From assembly GCA_001929475.1 (NCBI GenBank), contig LXFE01000515.1, positions 1 through 64,000 on the forward strand: a stretch of DNA of 64,000 bases, written 5' to 3'. Shown one piece after another: positions 12,465 to 25,399 of this stretch. A program made the position numbers and the translations under genes. This DNA comes from Neolecta irregularis DAH-3. Lineage: Eukaryota. Under the pieces are notes generated by a model, which saw only the letters and a program-made list of their open reading frames with translations, ran no database searches and was not told where the DNA came from. Numbering within the stretch: the first letter of the stretch is position 1; every line of letters begins with the position of its first letter.

Positions 12465-14208
12465 ATGCCGAAACCCTCGCATGACAAAGAAAGCCCGAGT
12501 CCTAGTGCTCAGATCCATGCAATAGGCTCCCCAAATGGCTTTCTCCAGAACTGTCCGTCTGAAATTCTCAATCAGATTGTCCGCTTCTTCTGCGAATACA
12601 GAAATGATATAGCACACCAATCGCGCCTCTGGAATCTGATGCGAACATGTAAACAGCTATATCGCGTCATTATTCCCATTTTATATCAGAAACCGCAATT
12701 CAATTCGCTCAAACATTTCAAATGCTTCTTGACCTGTCTCACGAATTCAGATAATCGAAAGCTAGTCGTACACTGGCCGTATCTTGGAGATTTAGACGAA
12801 AATTTAAAGGATGATTCTGGAACGATATTATTGACATACACTGCTACACTGCTACGGTTAATCAAGGACTACATCGTATGGTTGGACCTTAAGGATTTGA
12901 GTTCGCGTCAATTGTCGGAACTGGAGACACAGATCAATAACGAACGAATTGTATTTCCACGGTTGACAAAGGTCGATTGGACTCTTTCCGTGATATATGC
13001 TAACAAGCAAGATTAGTGTATGCTCTGATTATCGGAAAATGGCTCGACCTGTTGGCACTTTATCTTTCGATCCTATTATCAATTACCTATACCTCTTTCC
13101 AAACATCACCGAACTACAATACTGTAACCATGCTGCTTTTGCAGCACTCGATCAAAAACGAATTCATAATTTAAAAGTTTCTCAGATTCATCATGTTGAA
13201 GTTATCGGTTATTTCGACCATAAGATCGCCGATGCAATCGTGCTTAATCTTTCTACTTGGGGAACACTGAGAAGCTTGAAAATTGCGAAAATCCCAGGCC
13301 GAGAGGCAGTAGTCCGATTTTGGCCGGCATATCGAAAGTTGAGCAGAGCACTTGAGAGCCGTATTGGATTCACAAGCTATGATATTCGTCAACCAAGCTT
13401 CGATATTCATTGGGCCAATTTCTTCGACGAAGAGAACTCTTTAGACACATTTCGCTGGTTTTTGACTAAATTTCCACATTGGAAGGGTTGCATTGTCTTT
13501 GATAGCTCTGACGATATTGATTCAGCCTTGTCAATGCTCCAGTCCGAAATTCACAAACTTAACGAACGGGGTATTTCGATCGGCTTTCAGCCTACCGATG
13601 TCGATGATGTAGAGAATATCGAATGGCATGACACTCAACATATCAGTCTCCTCCTGGCAGAAGATACTGATAACGAATTTATAGATCCAATTCTCAATCA
13701 GATGACACTCGCGGCAAAACTTAGATCCTTGCGCCTCGTTGGTAATAACAACGCCTACAAAAACTGTATCTCGCTAGCTGCGCTATTTAAAGGATTACTG
13801 AATGTCTCTCGCACACTGACGAGTTTAACAGTGGATCTTTATTGTATTGAGCAACTCTGTACATCGACCACTCAGCTAGATATCAATGGCGCTGTCTTTG
13901 CCCTTCCTTCGATTACGGCATGTTCTGTCTTAGAAAAGCTTCGCTTGGTTAACGGAGATATCAACGCTGATTTTCATGGGAACTATATCGCTATGACGGT
14001 CAGATCATTTCAGCGGGAATTACCTAGATTGGAAGTTTGGGAATGGGAAGTCGCATCATTCAAACCTAGAGAACAAATGGCATGGATTCCGTATAACCGT
14101 GCTCTTGAAGACCATACAAGGTGTTTACTTACAAAATTTTCTGTGGAAATGGCTATCTTTGCGAGATTTCGACTCAAGTGGAGGTTCATAGTCGAGGACA
14201 CCCCTTGA
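12465..14208 (+). CDS. F-box-like/LRR-like protein, lineage-specific; one intron at ~12972-13011
   Basis: LQNCPSEILNQIV...LMRTCKQLYRVIIPILY is F-box-like. The two ORFs join through a GT...GCTAAC...AAG intron. Confidence 0.7.
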
Positions 14209-14419
14209 AATGAGATTCTAGTCATTCCAGAGAACGATGCAGGTCTAATATTATGTATACATGTCGTGGACAAGGGATAGATAGAAATCATTTCAAGGTT
14301 CTCTGGGAAAAAAATAATTTCTGATCAGTACGCTAACTATATCAATTGCTGGAAGGAGCGTTGGAAAAGCAGGTGTAGATCACAAAGATATGGAGAGTCA
14401 AAACTGAAGAAATAATGTT

Positions 14420-16598
14420 TTATGATTCTGTGAATTGAAGACCCCGCATAACGCCTTCACGACGCCTATTGAGCAGGTCGCTTTCCTGCATGACAAATCT
14501 TTCCCATGTGTCATGACCTTCCTTGTTTTGAGGTATCATTGCTGAGATAGGAAGGGTCGGACCCATTGGAAATAGAAGAGAATTACTGCTCTTCATTTCA
14601 ACCGGCTCATCGTCGTCTTCAAAACTTGGTGAAATAAAAGATTGATCATCTAAAATCTCTTTCAGCCAACCTCGGCATTTTGAAATGGCTTTCTTGGCTT
14701 CAGGAAGAATAAATGCCATTTGAAAAAAGCCATGAGAGACACCACGAAGTAACACTATTTCAATCCAATCATTTTCCGAGCTGCTTAACGAAGTCATTTG
14801 AAGGTTCTGACGACGATTTAATGCGGCTCTCTTAGCTTCCCTGATTCGCCCAGCTAGAAGGACCTATCATGAGCGTGGCTTGAAGTTTTAACCTTACCGT
14901 ATCATCCACCATTGCATCCTTCTCCCCACAAAGAAGATATGTTTTAGGGAATTTAGCAAGGACTTCAGTAGGTGCTCTTAGAGGACATAAGAGATAATCG
15001 GTCTCGAAATTTGGTCGATTTTGTGGACCAACATATAGTAATACCATGGCTCGAAGCTTTAGTCAGCACCTGGTATACAGGCAAAAGGTTCATACCATTT
15101 CAGGGCTCAAAATTCTATCCTGGAAGAAACTCACGCGACTGGTCATGGCAAGTTTTGTTCTAGCGTTTTTCATCCTTGGCGTAGGAGAAAAACATTTCTC
15201 TGCCTCCTTTGGAGGTGGCGTTTGAAATATCTTGACTAATGACTTTCGTGGTGAATAGTTATCAGAGTATGGCTGAAGAACGCTTTTTCTCTTTTCATAA
15301 TTCAGCTTTGAATCTATCACTGCATCGGAGACATCTCGTACACTTTCTTGTCGAAGTAAGCACATATTTTCGTTTGTCATCCAGCATGTTAGGTTAAGAT
15401 CAAGAGCAGGGTAAACAAGGACAAGTCCAGCTGGTATAGGTATATCGAGATGCTCTGTCAGCAATAGAATTATCAGGCTAGTCGCAAGATTACCCCCACT
15501 GTCCAATCAGAGAAAAGTATCATAGGGATTTTCATACGCAGAATCTCCTGCAAAAGCAATTGTTAGTGGTTGTGAATGCTCGAATCCAATGATTGCACCG
15601 TTAGTTTTCACTATCTCGAGATACAGATCTCGACATTCGTATAATGCATAGGGAAATGGATACTCAGGTGCTTTCCTAAAGCTCAGCACGGAATATTGGA
15701 ATTTGCTTACTTGTAATTAATTGCGACTACCGGTACGTTCAACTCACTAGCCCATGCAAAAGTGACTTCTTCATAGCATTCCGGATTCGTGGAGATAAAA
15801 CCCCCACCATGAATGAAGAATACAAGCTTCCGCTGAAACTTGAGTTCTTCTTCTGATCCATTGAAATATATCCAAACTTCGGAAGGTTCGGCCGAGTTAC
15901 GCGGGATGACGATTTTCCGCTTGATTTTTAAGCGAGGCTTTGAAAGACCAACGAAAAATTTGAGGTATGGTGAAGACACTTTTGCCAGGGAGACTCTCAA
16001 TTGCTCTACAGTAGCAGTACATTTAATTTTTCGAACCTGCAGTCCTGTGAGTGAATTGATATAAATTCAACATGCCTTCTCATCCGCTTGATCTGCGAAT
16101 ATCATATAATAGGCGCTGAAGAGAATGCTTGCGATATCACGAAGCCATCTAGGTCTCAGAGGCATCGCGGTCCAGAAACCAGCATCGCTAGAGTCAAATC
16201 TAGTCCTCAGAAGCACAATTTTACAGTGCAGTAAGCACCCAGGTAGCGCGATAAAACGATCTGGAATACTAAGCGATTAGATTTGAGCCGTCCATTGCAA
16301 AGTACCAAACGTGCAAGCGGTTCCGGGCTTCCCAGTCCAATCATTTTGTCCAGGTTTTTAAGCAGATACATTCCGGACATAGTCATACACATCACCTGCC
16401 ACGATGTAAACTGCTTGGAGAAACGCTTTGAGAGCTTTCTAATAATATGTGGTCCATGCTGGTGGCCTCGGCGGAGATATGTGATCCAAGCCAGAAGAAC
16501 AAGCAGGACTTGGATTCGCTTGACGCCTTGGGACGGGCGACCGAGAAGATCGTCAATCTTGGTGGTTAGCAGATAAAACGAATTGCGAGGCATGCCAT
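14420..16598 (-). CDS. Hormone-sensitive-lipase (GDXG) family alpha/beta hydrolase
   Basis: FIHGGGF, KAPEYPFP, AGDSA|GGNL, DYLLCPL and VSHGF motifs. N-terminus M|IDDLLGRPS. Confidence 0.9.
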
Positions 16599-17404
16599 AA
16601 AGAATGTCAAGTCTTTGGGGATTGTCAGAATGGAAACTATCACATGCTTTTGTTCCTATTTCAGGTAGGTGCTTCCGCCATGTCATGTCACGCGCAGTGT
16701 GTCCACCCGCCCGCCCGCAACCGTCAGAGATCCTCCGGCGGGCTGCTAAAAACGAGGAGGCTCGATCTTTTAACCATCTATGTAGGTGCAATCCCGAATT
16801 CACTAAATAACCAAAATTGTTAATATAAAATAATTTCTATCTGGCCATTTCTTTAGTTGGTGTAAGTAGCGACATACTCGCCAAATTCACGAATCATAGG
16901 GATCCCTGTGTCACATGATCCGCGACAACAGCAGAACTTAGAGCTAAAGGCAATCAATCCACTGTTATTCAGCCAACCAATGGAGTCAAACGAAACGACC
17001 ACTATTGAAGTCAAGATGGAACCTTTGAGGAAGCTTCACACAGGAGTGCAATATTCAAAACACATCATAGGAAAATGTAATTACCACGAGCATATGCACC
17101 TTGACGAGGGCTTTACAGGGAAGGCGGGCGGGGTTGGACTCACTGGTCACGCGGGCAAACAATTATTTTTGAATCCTTCCTTATTCTCGCCATTTAGTTG
17201 CTAATCTGGGATCTATAGATCTTTAACAGCCAATAGAAGGAAGAAATAATGTTCAAGGTGTCATCTCATAGCTACTCGAAGCAGCATCTCAGCTCACATT
17301 AGAATAGATCCAAATCGAATAGAGGATATGACCTTATTCAAATACAGGATACCACGTACACATGAAATATATTCTAAATCTATAATATAGCCAAAGATTA
17401 GACT

Positions 17405-19357
17405 CTAGACTGGTATATCCGCCATAGCTGTATTCATCTGTCCAACCCAACAATATCTTCCAAAGCACGACTTGCAAGTCTCAGTCTGTTCCCAACCCAA
17501 TCGTTCTATGCCCTTGTAGATGAGAGCACAACCCAAGCAAACACTCCAGTTCTCGTCGATCTTATTGTTTCCCATCGTAGCAACGTTGAATCCATTTTGG
17601 ACCATACTCGCCGTGACTTCATTCGAGTATGTAGTTGTATTCATTGTGTTAATGTTGCTGTCGAAGGAGTAGGCACTGTTTGGAAGATAGACAATGAGAA
17701 CAGATTCAGGCTCATTACAGCCAAAGAAAACAGGTTTGGTCGTTAATCCGTTGTTAAGAAACGTCACAGTATCCGGAACTTTGGGCATGCGTCGCCCATT
17801 CTTCCTGTCGACTTTACTTCTGTTGTATGCTGCAACCATGGCGGTCCCATCTGGGTAGTCATTAATGTCTGAGCTCGAATCAACAGCAATAATGACGTCG
17901 ACATTTCGATTGGGATTCATCAAAGGCCAAATGGGGAGATTAAGGCCGCTGGTCGCTCCATCGACCATGTTGATGGTTTTATCCTCAGCAACACTGTTCT
18001 GTTCTTTATTAAATCCTTTAAAGACATTCGGAAACTGTGTTAATTAATTGTATCATAAAACCTGAGCACATACTGCAGATAATTTCCAGTTGCTTTCGTC
18101 CATCAAACTCTCCATATTAAGATTGCTGAGGTACTGACCAACAAAGGGAATATTACTCATGTTGAGCTTTCCGAATATAACAGCTCCAATCATAGCTGAA
18201 GAGGTGCCAGTGACAAAGCTTCATATTAGTATATCCTGAATATCGGAATCGGTACCCTGCATTATCGAGACCAGTAACACATTTCCCAGTAGCATGACCA
18301 TCTTCATCGACTTCAGTGCCTAGATATTTCATGGACGAAAAAGACCCAATATTATCATCCCACGAGCCCATCTCATCTACAGTGAATTCATACTAAAACA
18401 TGAGGGGAGTATTGCAAATGAGGCTTATACGATTGTAGAATTCGTTGGAAATAAGGCACTTGGTTTAAACCCATTGGGAACACCTTCACCCACAGAAATA
18501 ACATATGGTATTGCGTGATTCTTCCAACTATTGGTTTCTGCAATTGAAGAGAAGGTAACATGTAGTCCATCATCTGCTAGCAGGTGTTTCGACATCATCC
18601 GGCCCCTTGAATTCAGTTTTGCTTAACCCGGGAAATACCAAAAGTCTGTGAGAGAAATGGGAAATCCAGCCCATCTCTTGGCAGCAATTTCTCCTGCCAT
18701 TCTTGCATAATACTTAGCATTCTCCCAAGTAGTGTCGAATGGCGTGAATATACTAAGTGGCATCTTAAATACGTCCCGAACGAGGGTTTCAATGTCTGCA
18801 AAATCGTTCGAAGCCATTGAAGTAGTAAGCCAAGAGCCTCCAGAGACGCCTGAGAAGTAATCTGCAAGCTGCACTATTCCACCAGTCTTGGCATCTTTAG
18901 ATTCATCAAAACGATTGTCGAAAGCTTTGTAGGCACCGCCGCCTGTAAGCATAGCTCGATATCCTCCGCCACTGATGGCAATGCCAACAGATGGAATCTT
19001 AGATGTATCCTCGAGAAACTTTGTAACATCAAAGTTGTCAAGGGCAAGGCGTTCAAGGTAATCTTTCCATACTTGGACTGTGACATTTTGTCGATTCATG
19101 ATGTATTCAGCTTCGTCAGCATTAATACCCTATGAAAGAGATCAGCGAATACAGTTTGCCAAGAACAGTACCGTCGTGGCTTTCCTCACAATCTTCTTGT
19201 AAGAGCAGTCTCCTTCTCGTGGCATGTATCTCTTAACGAGCATGTGTCCATGAGGAACAGCAAGAGTCGCTAAAGAATGTCAAACAAGTTTCATAAACCT
19301 CTGCAGCTTACATGCAATGAATGAAAGGCACGCTATGGTAAACCCAGGAAAGTGCAT
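17405..19357 (-). CDS. Secreted lysophospholipase / phospholipase B
   Basis: Signal peptide MHFPGFTIACLSFIA, SGGGYRAM, GVSGGSW nucleophile motif, VDVIIAVDSS and C-terminal Cys cluster. Confidence 0.92.
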
Positions 19358-20065
19358 CTTTGGGAGATTAGAGGGGTGGAAAGTCGGGGAAAAGGACGAG
19401 GGGTTTTAAGGAAATCTTGACATATGTGGAGTGTCTCAGATTTTGAGACTCTTATGTCTGAGTATGCTTCCCCAATAAATAAATACCGAAGAGCCATATG
19501 CTCCCAAATATTTTTATCTGACATATTGTTGTCATATTGAGTAAAAGAATGGAATACCCTAATCTTTTCTGGCATTCATATTTTCCGGGTGACGTTGTTG
19601 GAGAGTGCATTTCTTTACTCTCCCTTACGACGTAGACTTTTCAAATGAATTGAGCTAAATGTCGAATTTGAAGATCCTCGTGATGAATGTTGACTGGTGT
19701 CGCCAGAAGTATTGTGGAAAAGTCTATTGCCTAGAGGCATTCTGCAGAGTAGGTCGTTTCCCAGTACTTTTCAAACCTTCCGGAAACCGTCAATTGTAAT
19801 CAACGAACCCATTACTAACAATCATGCTCTTTAGAAGAGAACCCGATACTGAGAATTTCATAGGGATGTACCAATTCAAGGTTTTTGTAATTTGAACCTT
19901 TATGGAGTGTTTAGGGATTGCGGCCTCAACGATCGATTGGCGCAGTACCTCCAGAAGACTATACTTCAAAAGGGTCTATGCAAAATGAGATATTTATCTC
20001 GACAAGAGTTTACAAATAACTATGGGTAGACCGTAGAAAACCATAATCATATCTCATGCCCAACC

Positions 20066-20527
20066 CTATCCCGCTCGACATAAAGGTTCGCCTCCAACTC
20101 TCAGACGAATGGCGTCCCTAGCTTCTAGTATGCCCTTGTCCGTCGATACAACAAGAATTTCTCCTGGTTGAAGATAGTGAATCGTCCCGACTCGTTTTCC
20201 GATTACCAGCCGTTTCAGTTCCTCGGCTGACATCCACATCCGTCTACCAGGTTTACTTACAATGCCCATTTTTCCAATAACGGGATGCATTTCGCGGTAC
20301 TTGAGACCAAGCCATATCCTCCTCGTTGCGACATTTTCTTGTGTAGTGGGAGTGTATTCTTGATCAGGACCGGTAATGGATCCACGCTGAACAGACGATA
20401 TCAAGCCTTGCTGGTAAAGAACAAAGGCTATCCCAAGGTTGACCTTGCTATTTGGGACGGACATGAGCCCCATTCTTGCGCGACAGGCATTTTGGATGTG
20501 TGAGCATAGATGGTGAACTGGGGCCAT
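20066..20527 (-). CDS. MRPS8: Mitochondrial ribosomal protein S8
   Basis: HLCSHIQNA, YTPTTQENVATRRIWLGLKY, SKPGRR and GGEPLCR motifs. Confidence 0.95.
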   Translation of the reverse strand: MAPVHHLCSHIQNACRARMGLMSVPNSKVNLGIAFVLYQQGLISSVQRGSITGPDQEYTPTTQENVATRRIWLGLKYREMHPVIGKMGIVSKPGRRMWMSAEELKRLVIGKRVGTIHYLQPGEILVVSTDKGILEARDAIRLRVGGEPLCRAG

Positions 20528-20707
20528 AATTAACGATCCGCAACGAGAAAATGAGATCAGACGAGTTGCCACTCAAGTTATTGCAGGTGTCTTGGAATAT
20601 GGTAAACCGCAGCTAAAGAAGCGAAAGGCGATCTGAAAATTTCAGCTGCTTCGACAAGTAATGGTTGCCAGAGACGCGTGACCTTGCTGGACTTTGATTC
20701 TTGAGAG

Positions 20708-21266
20708 ATGAACACCACACCTCCCGCTAATGCAAATAATAAGAATAACACCTTCAAACTACCACCAGCTCGTTCAAATGCCCAATTGATGCCTTCATCT
20801 GGATTGTCTGCATCTACACTCGCAAAACCACGGCAGAAAGTTGTGCTTACACCAGGACATTCGCCGCTGGACTGGGCGACATTGAAATCTTCTGGGATCA
20901 ATCTTCGGGTAGATTTGTTTCTAGTACATTCTCTGACATGGAATCAGGGTATAAGTGTTCCACAGCTCCTCCGATTGCCTCCATCAGAACTCAAAAAGCA
21001 TCGAAAGAAGAATGATGCGTGGATGGCTTTTCATAACATGGTATACAATGTCACTGCATATCTACCGTTCCACCCCGGTGGAGAGAAAGAACTTATGCGA
21101 GCTGCAGGAAGAGATGGTACAAAACTCTTCAGTACAAGTTTCTGCTTGACTATGGGACTAACTTGCCATAGTGGAGACTCATTCGTGGGTCAATATAAAT
21201 AATATGCTAGACAAGTGTCTTGTGGGCTTTCTTATTCCAGAGCCTGATGATAATGGCGAAGAGTGA
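20708..21266 (+). CDS. Cytochrome b5-like heme-binding domain protein (Irc21-like)
   Basis: KVVLTPGHSPLDW, YLPFHPGG, AGRDGTKLF and HSWVN motifs. Confidence 0.88.
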
Positions 21267-21943
21267 ATTAGCATACCATTGTTTGGCGGGCGCTCATACG
21301 TTTTGGGGACATTTTTTAGTGCATATATTATTCGGAATCTAGTTAGAGTCAACGGGTAGTCCGTCGGCAGGAAAATCAATACACCACTTAGCGATCTATA
21401 TATGATCTCCTAAATTTCTCAGAAATTATTTGTTGACCCTCGTACCTATACGATGGCATCCTGGGTCAAGTCTTCGCTCATTTTCGGTTACTGTGATATA
21501 CGGATCTCTTACTAGGGAACGTTGTCAATCTGCTTTTTTCAACTTTCCAACCATAATTTACCTCCACTTTTCTCTCACTTTCGATTTCAAAAGAATCCCT
21601 ATCTTCTCTGCTTGGTCTTTTCACGCCACCATCTCGTTGCCTTCACCGTGTCTAATGTTGACTTTGCCCTCTTGTGTATTTTCTTCAGGAAACCCTATCG
21701 GGAGGAACGGGTGCCGGCAAATAAGGAACAACCCGCAGGATCACGCCTTATTTCGGTCATACAGAATTTACTAATATACGTCCACCGAGTCCAGTTATGT
21801 TATCGAGCGAGGCAATCTTATAGACATGGTAAGCTGCATTTTGTCATGTAAAATAGAGATTAACTATGTTCCAAAACAATACTGTTTTTCCACATACATA
21901 AGTGTAACCAAGCAAGATCCAAAACCCCATACCCTTGAATAAT

Positions 21944-24900
21944 TTAAGTTTCAAAAAAAGAAGTAGTGGAAGTGCAATGATTTGTAGCTTCTTCCTCTTC
22001 ATCAAAAATTGCACCACTGTCATATCTCTCCCTCACTCTGGTCAGCTGGGGCGTTCCACCGGGAAAATTCGCTAAACCCTTATCATTATCAGTGGACGGG
22101 CTGAAAGAAATTCTTACAATGTTTGTATCTGTGATTTGAGTTTTTACAGGAAATAGCGTCTTCATTGTTGTTTGAACTTGCTCGAGTTTATGGCGCACGG
22201 TCTCAACACTGCCTTGGGCTTCCTTATGCTCTCGGGAAAGCTTATTGTACTCCGAATGGATTGTACGGTAGTGTCTAGATTGTCAAATCTGCCAGCGACA
22301 ATGACAGATATACGTCAGGACTTTTTCCAAATTCATGTCGATGATCTTCTTCTCTCGGCTTACTTTTTGAAGTCTCTCATTGATCTCTTGATATGAGCTA
22401 CTGAGCTCTTGCTTATGAGAGTCTAGATTACAAATTCGCAATTCAAGGTCGGCAATTACACCTTCAAGTCGTTCTCTTTCTGCGAGAAATGACTGCTCCA
22501 GATAAGTCATCTGCCGTTTGACATGCTCAATCTCGCCTTGTTTTTTTGAAAGATCAAGGCTCAGCTGTTTCTCATGGGTCTGAGCGGTCTCTAATTCTCG
22601 TTGCAACCTTTCAACTTCTCTGGTGAGACGTTGATTATCTTCATGGCTGAGATTGAGCTGCATCAACATATCTTCTTTGGTATTGTCGGCAGCCTTTTTT
22701 TCTGCGCGTCGATTTCTTTCCAGAATTTTGAGTTTAGCTAGCCAATCGGTGGTTTGAGCCTCAAATTCTCCCTTGAGTCGCTCAAAAGCTCCCTTAAAAA
22801 TGTCTTCATTTTTCGCCATTGATTCTTTGAGACTTGAGACTTCTGTCTGAAGGTCTTTTTCTGTATCTCGATATGTTGATCGTACATGCTCGATGTTTGC
22901 TTCAAGATGGATGATACGGGCTTCATAAGAAGCTTTTTCAGAATGGGCTTCCTGAGTGAGACCATCTCTCTCGACTTGTAACTGTTCTAGTTCATCTTGC
23001 AATCCCTGCATAACTTCAGCATGTTCTTCTTCATCTTCGCGAAGCGCGAGCTCAAGTTCAGCAATACGAAGTTTGGCGGCGTTGATCTCCTCTTGTTTGG
23101 TAGCGAGTTCCTTGACATGGATTGTCGCAAGATGACGGATATGTTCTTGGAGAGCAGATTTTTCGACCTCAACTTTCTCCAAAGCAGTTTCCAGATCTTG
23201 TATGCGAGAAAATTTCAGTTTCACATCATTCGAAGCATTTTCAAGTCGTTCTTCCAGATCCTCCTTCTCATTCTTGAAAATTTCCAGTTCGTCCGCCATT
23301 CGCGATCCCCAAAATTGGTCTTTATGCTCAACTTGCTTCCGAGCTTCTGAAACGACGTTATGAAGAATCAGAGTTTCTGTACCAGCTTCCTCCACAACTC
23401 GATTCAAGTTTTCGATCTTGAAGTTTTTTTGAACTAGCTCTTCGCTGACAGATTGTAAGCTCTTCTTAAGTTTTTCTAGTTCTCTGGTCAACGCCTCTTG
23501 ATCGTCAATCAAGACTCTCTGTGATAAATGACTGCTCTCGAGCTCAGACTCCAATCTCTCGATAATCTTTTCCTGGCGGTCTACTGTGTCTTCTAGAAGG
23601 ATGCTTTTTGTCTTGAAAGAATTCATCTCTTCTGCAAGCTGTCGACGAATATTCCCAATTCCGGAGGCGTACAAGGTCGTGATTTGTTCAAAGTCTTGCT
23701 GATGTTCTTCGAGCTCTTTTCTTAGAGCTGCAATTGTCTTGGGTGCACAAGTCAGAATCCCCTCGAGATTTATCTGTAGGGCTTGAACCTGATGTTTCAG
23801 TTCATTGACGCGACCAAGGAGTTGAGGCGTCAGATATTCAACTCCAACTTCCAAAACAGTCGATGACAATGTTTCGTCATTGAGAAGGACTCTGGTAACT
23901 GAGATGAGTGCAGATTTTATACGCTCGTCGGCTTCAGTGAGCCGCATATTTTCATCTGTGGTATGATCAAGAGATTCTTGGATAGATTCGGTGAATTCAA
24001 TGAGCTCGGTTACACATGCGACGAGATCCTCTTGAGTAGCTCGACCATAGTGAGAGAGAAGACTGTCAACAGAAAATTTTATGGTATTTAATCGGTCCAC
24101 TTCCGATTGAAGTGATTTAATGCTCCCAATATAGTCATCAATACGAGTGCTGAGATGATCCTCAGTCCTCGAGGCTTGCAATAATCGTCTCTCGATCTGT
24201 GCTTTGTTTAACGAAAGATCCAAGATATTGGAGCGAAGAGGACAAGCAACCTCGTCTATCATAGATTCTATCGAGATATCTGTTTGTACCTGAACATTGT
24301 CAAGCCCTGGGGCAGCCTGCCATCCAGCATCTTTATATTGAGGGGCTGCTTGAACGAGGATCGAGACACCACAAGGCACGTCTGTTTGAACTGCAAAATG
24401 TTTATTCGAAGGCTGGATTTGCAATCCGATATCCGAGTTATTGCGAAAATTTTGCATTTCAGGTGGATCGAGCGCCTGCTGCATAGTTCTTGTGGTTACA
24501 AAAGTGGTTGTGATAGTGTTTTCATTGCTGGAAGCAGGTTGAGAGCTATAACCATCGTCTTTGCGCGAATATGGTCTATTAACGCTAGCAAGTGGAAGTT
24601 GGGTATGCTGGTCTTTTACCGCTGAAAAGTTTGTTGGTTCCCGAGTATCCATGTGCGAATCATTGCCATCATCAGAATACGAAGGGTGGTCATCGTAATT
24701 GGTGGGTTGATCGTCATAGTAATCGTCCTTACTCATGTCTCCCTGATACATGGGCGCATCTTCAAATGTATCGTCGTCGTCTGGGGCCGAGACAGGAGTA
24801 TGCAAATCTCGATCATCGGAACGTTCCAAAAACTTTTGATTGATGGAGATAACTGTATTCATTTCAGCAATTTGTCTCTCGAGCTCCTTGATGTGTTCTT

Positions 24901-25399
24901 CGTTCAACCCATCATGTTGTCTAGTTTCCGCGAGATTTTCTTCCAGTTGTTGAACGATATTTATTTTTGATTTCAGGTCAGTTTGCAATTGAAGTTGCAT
25001 TTCACATAGTTGGGCCTCAAGTCAGCGTACAGTCGTAAAAGCATGTTATCGAACCTTTGTGTATTTCATCAATGACTCTGACGGATTCGATACGCCTTTT
25101 GGTTTTCGCTTTTGCACTCGTCCATCGCTACTAGATCGACGGGAATGTGTATACGATAGCATTTGCAATTCGACCGAGTCGTTTTTAATCGTCGCTCGTC
25201 GCGCTGCTCGTGTTGCACGTTCCGAGGGACTTCGGTTCACCAGGACAGGTGTCGATGTGAGTTGGGGCACCAAATTTGATCTTCGCCGCTTTTGCAAACT
25301 GACTCTTGTTACCGGCAGTAATAGCTTTGGTGTCTCTTCTCGTTTTCGTTTTCTCGTAATTCCAGTGGGACCAGGCGCTGTCATCGTAAATGCAGCCAT
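21944..25399 (-). CDS. Large coiled-coil protein with basic N-terminus; at least 2 introns
   Basis: A 905-codon internal exon rich in heptad repeats. Flanking exons join through short GT-AG introns. Confidence 0.8.

Noticed and set aside
12972-13016. Apparent frameshift between ORFs 12279-13016 and 12997-14208
   Set aside because: Explained by a ~40-nt GT...GCTAAC...AAG intron.
21590-21612. U6-like CAGAGAAGAT on the minus strand
   Set aside because: Flanks do not match U6 (no following TTAGCATGG); a chance match.
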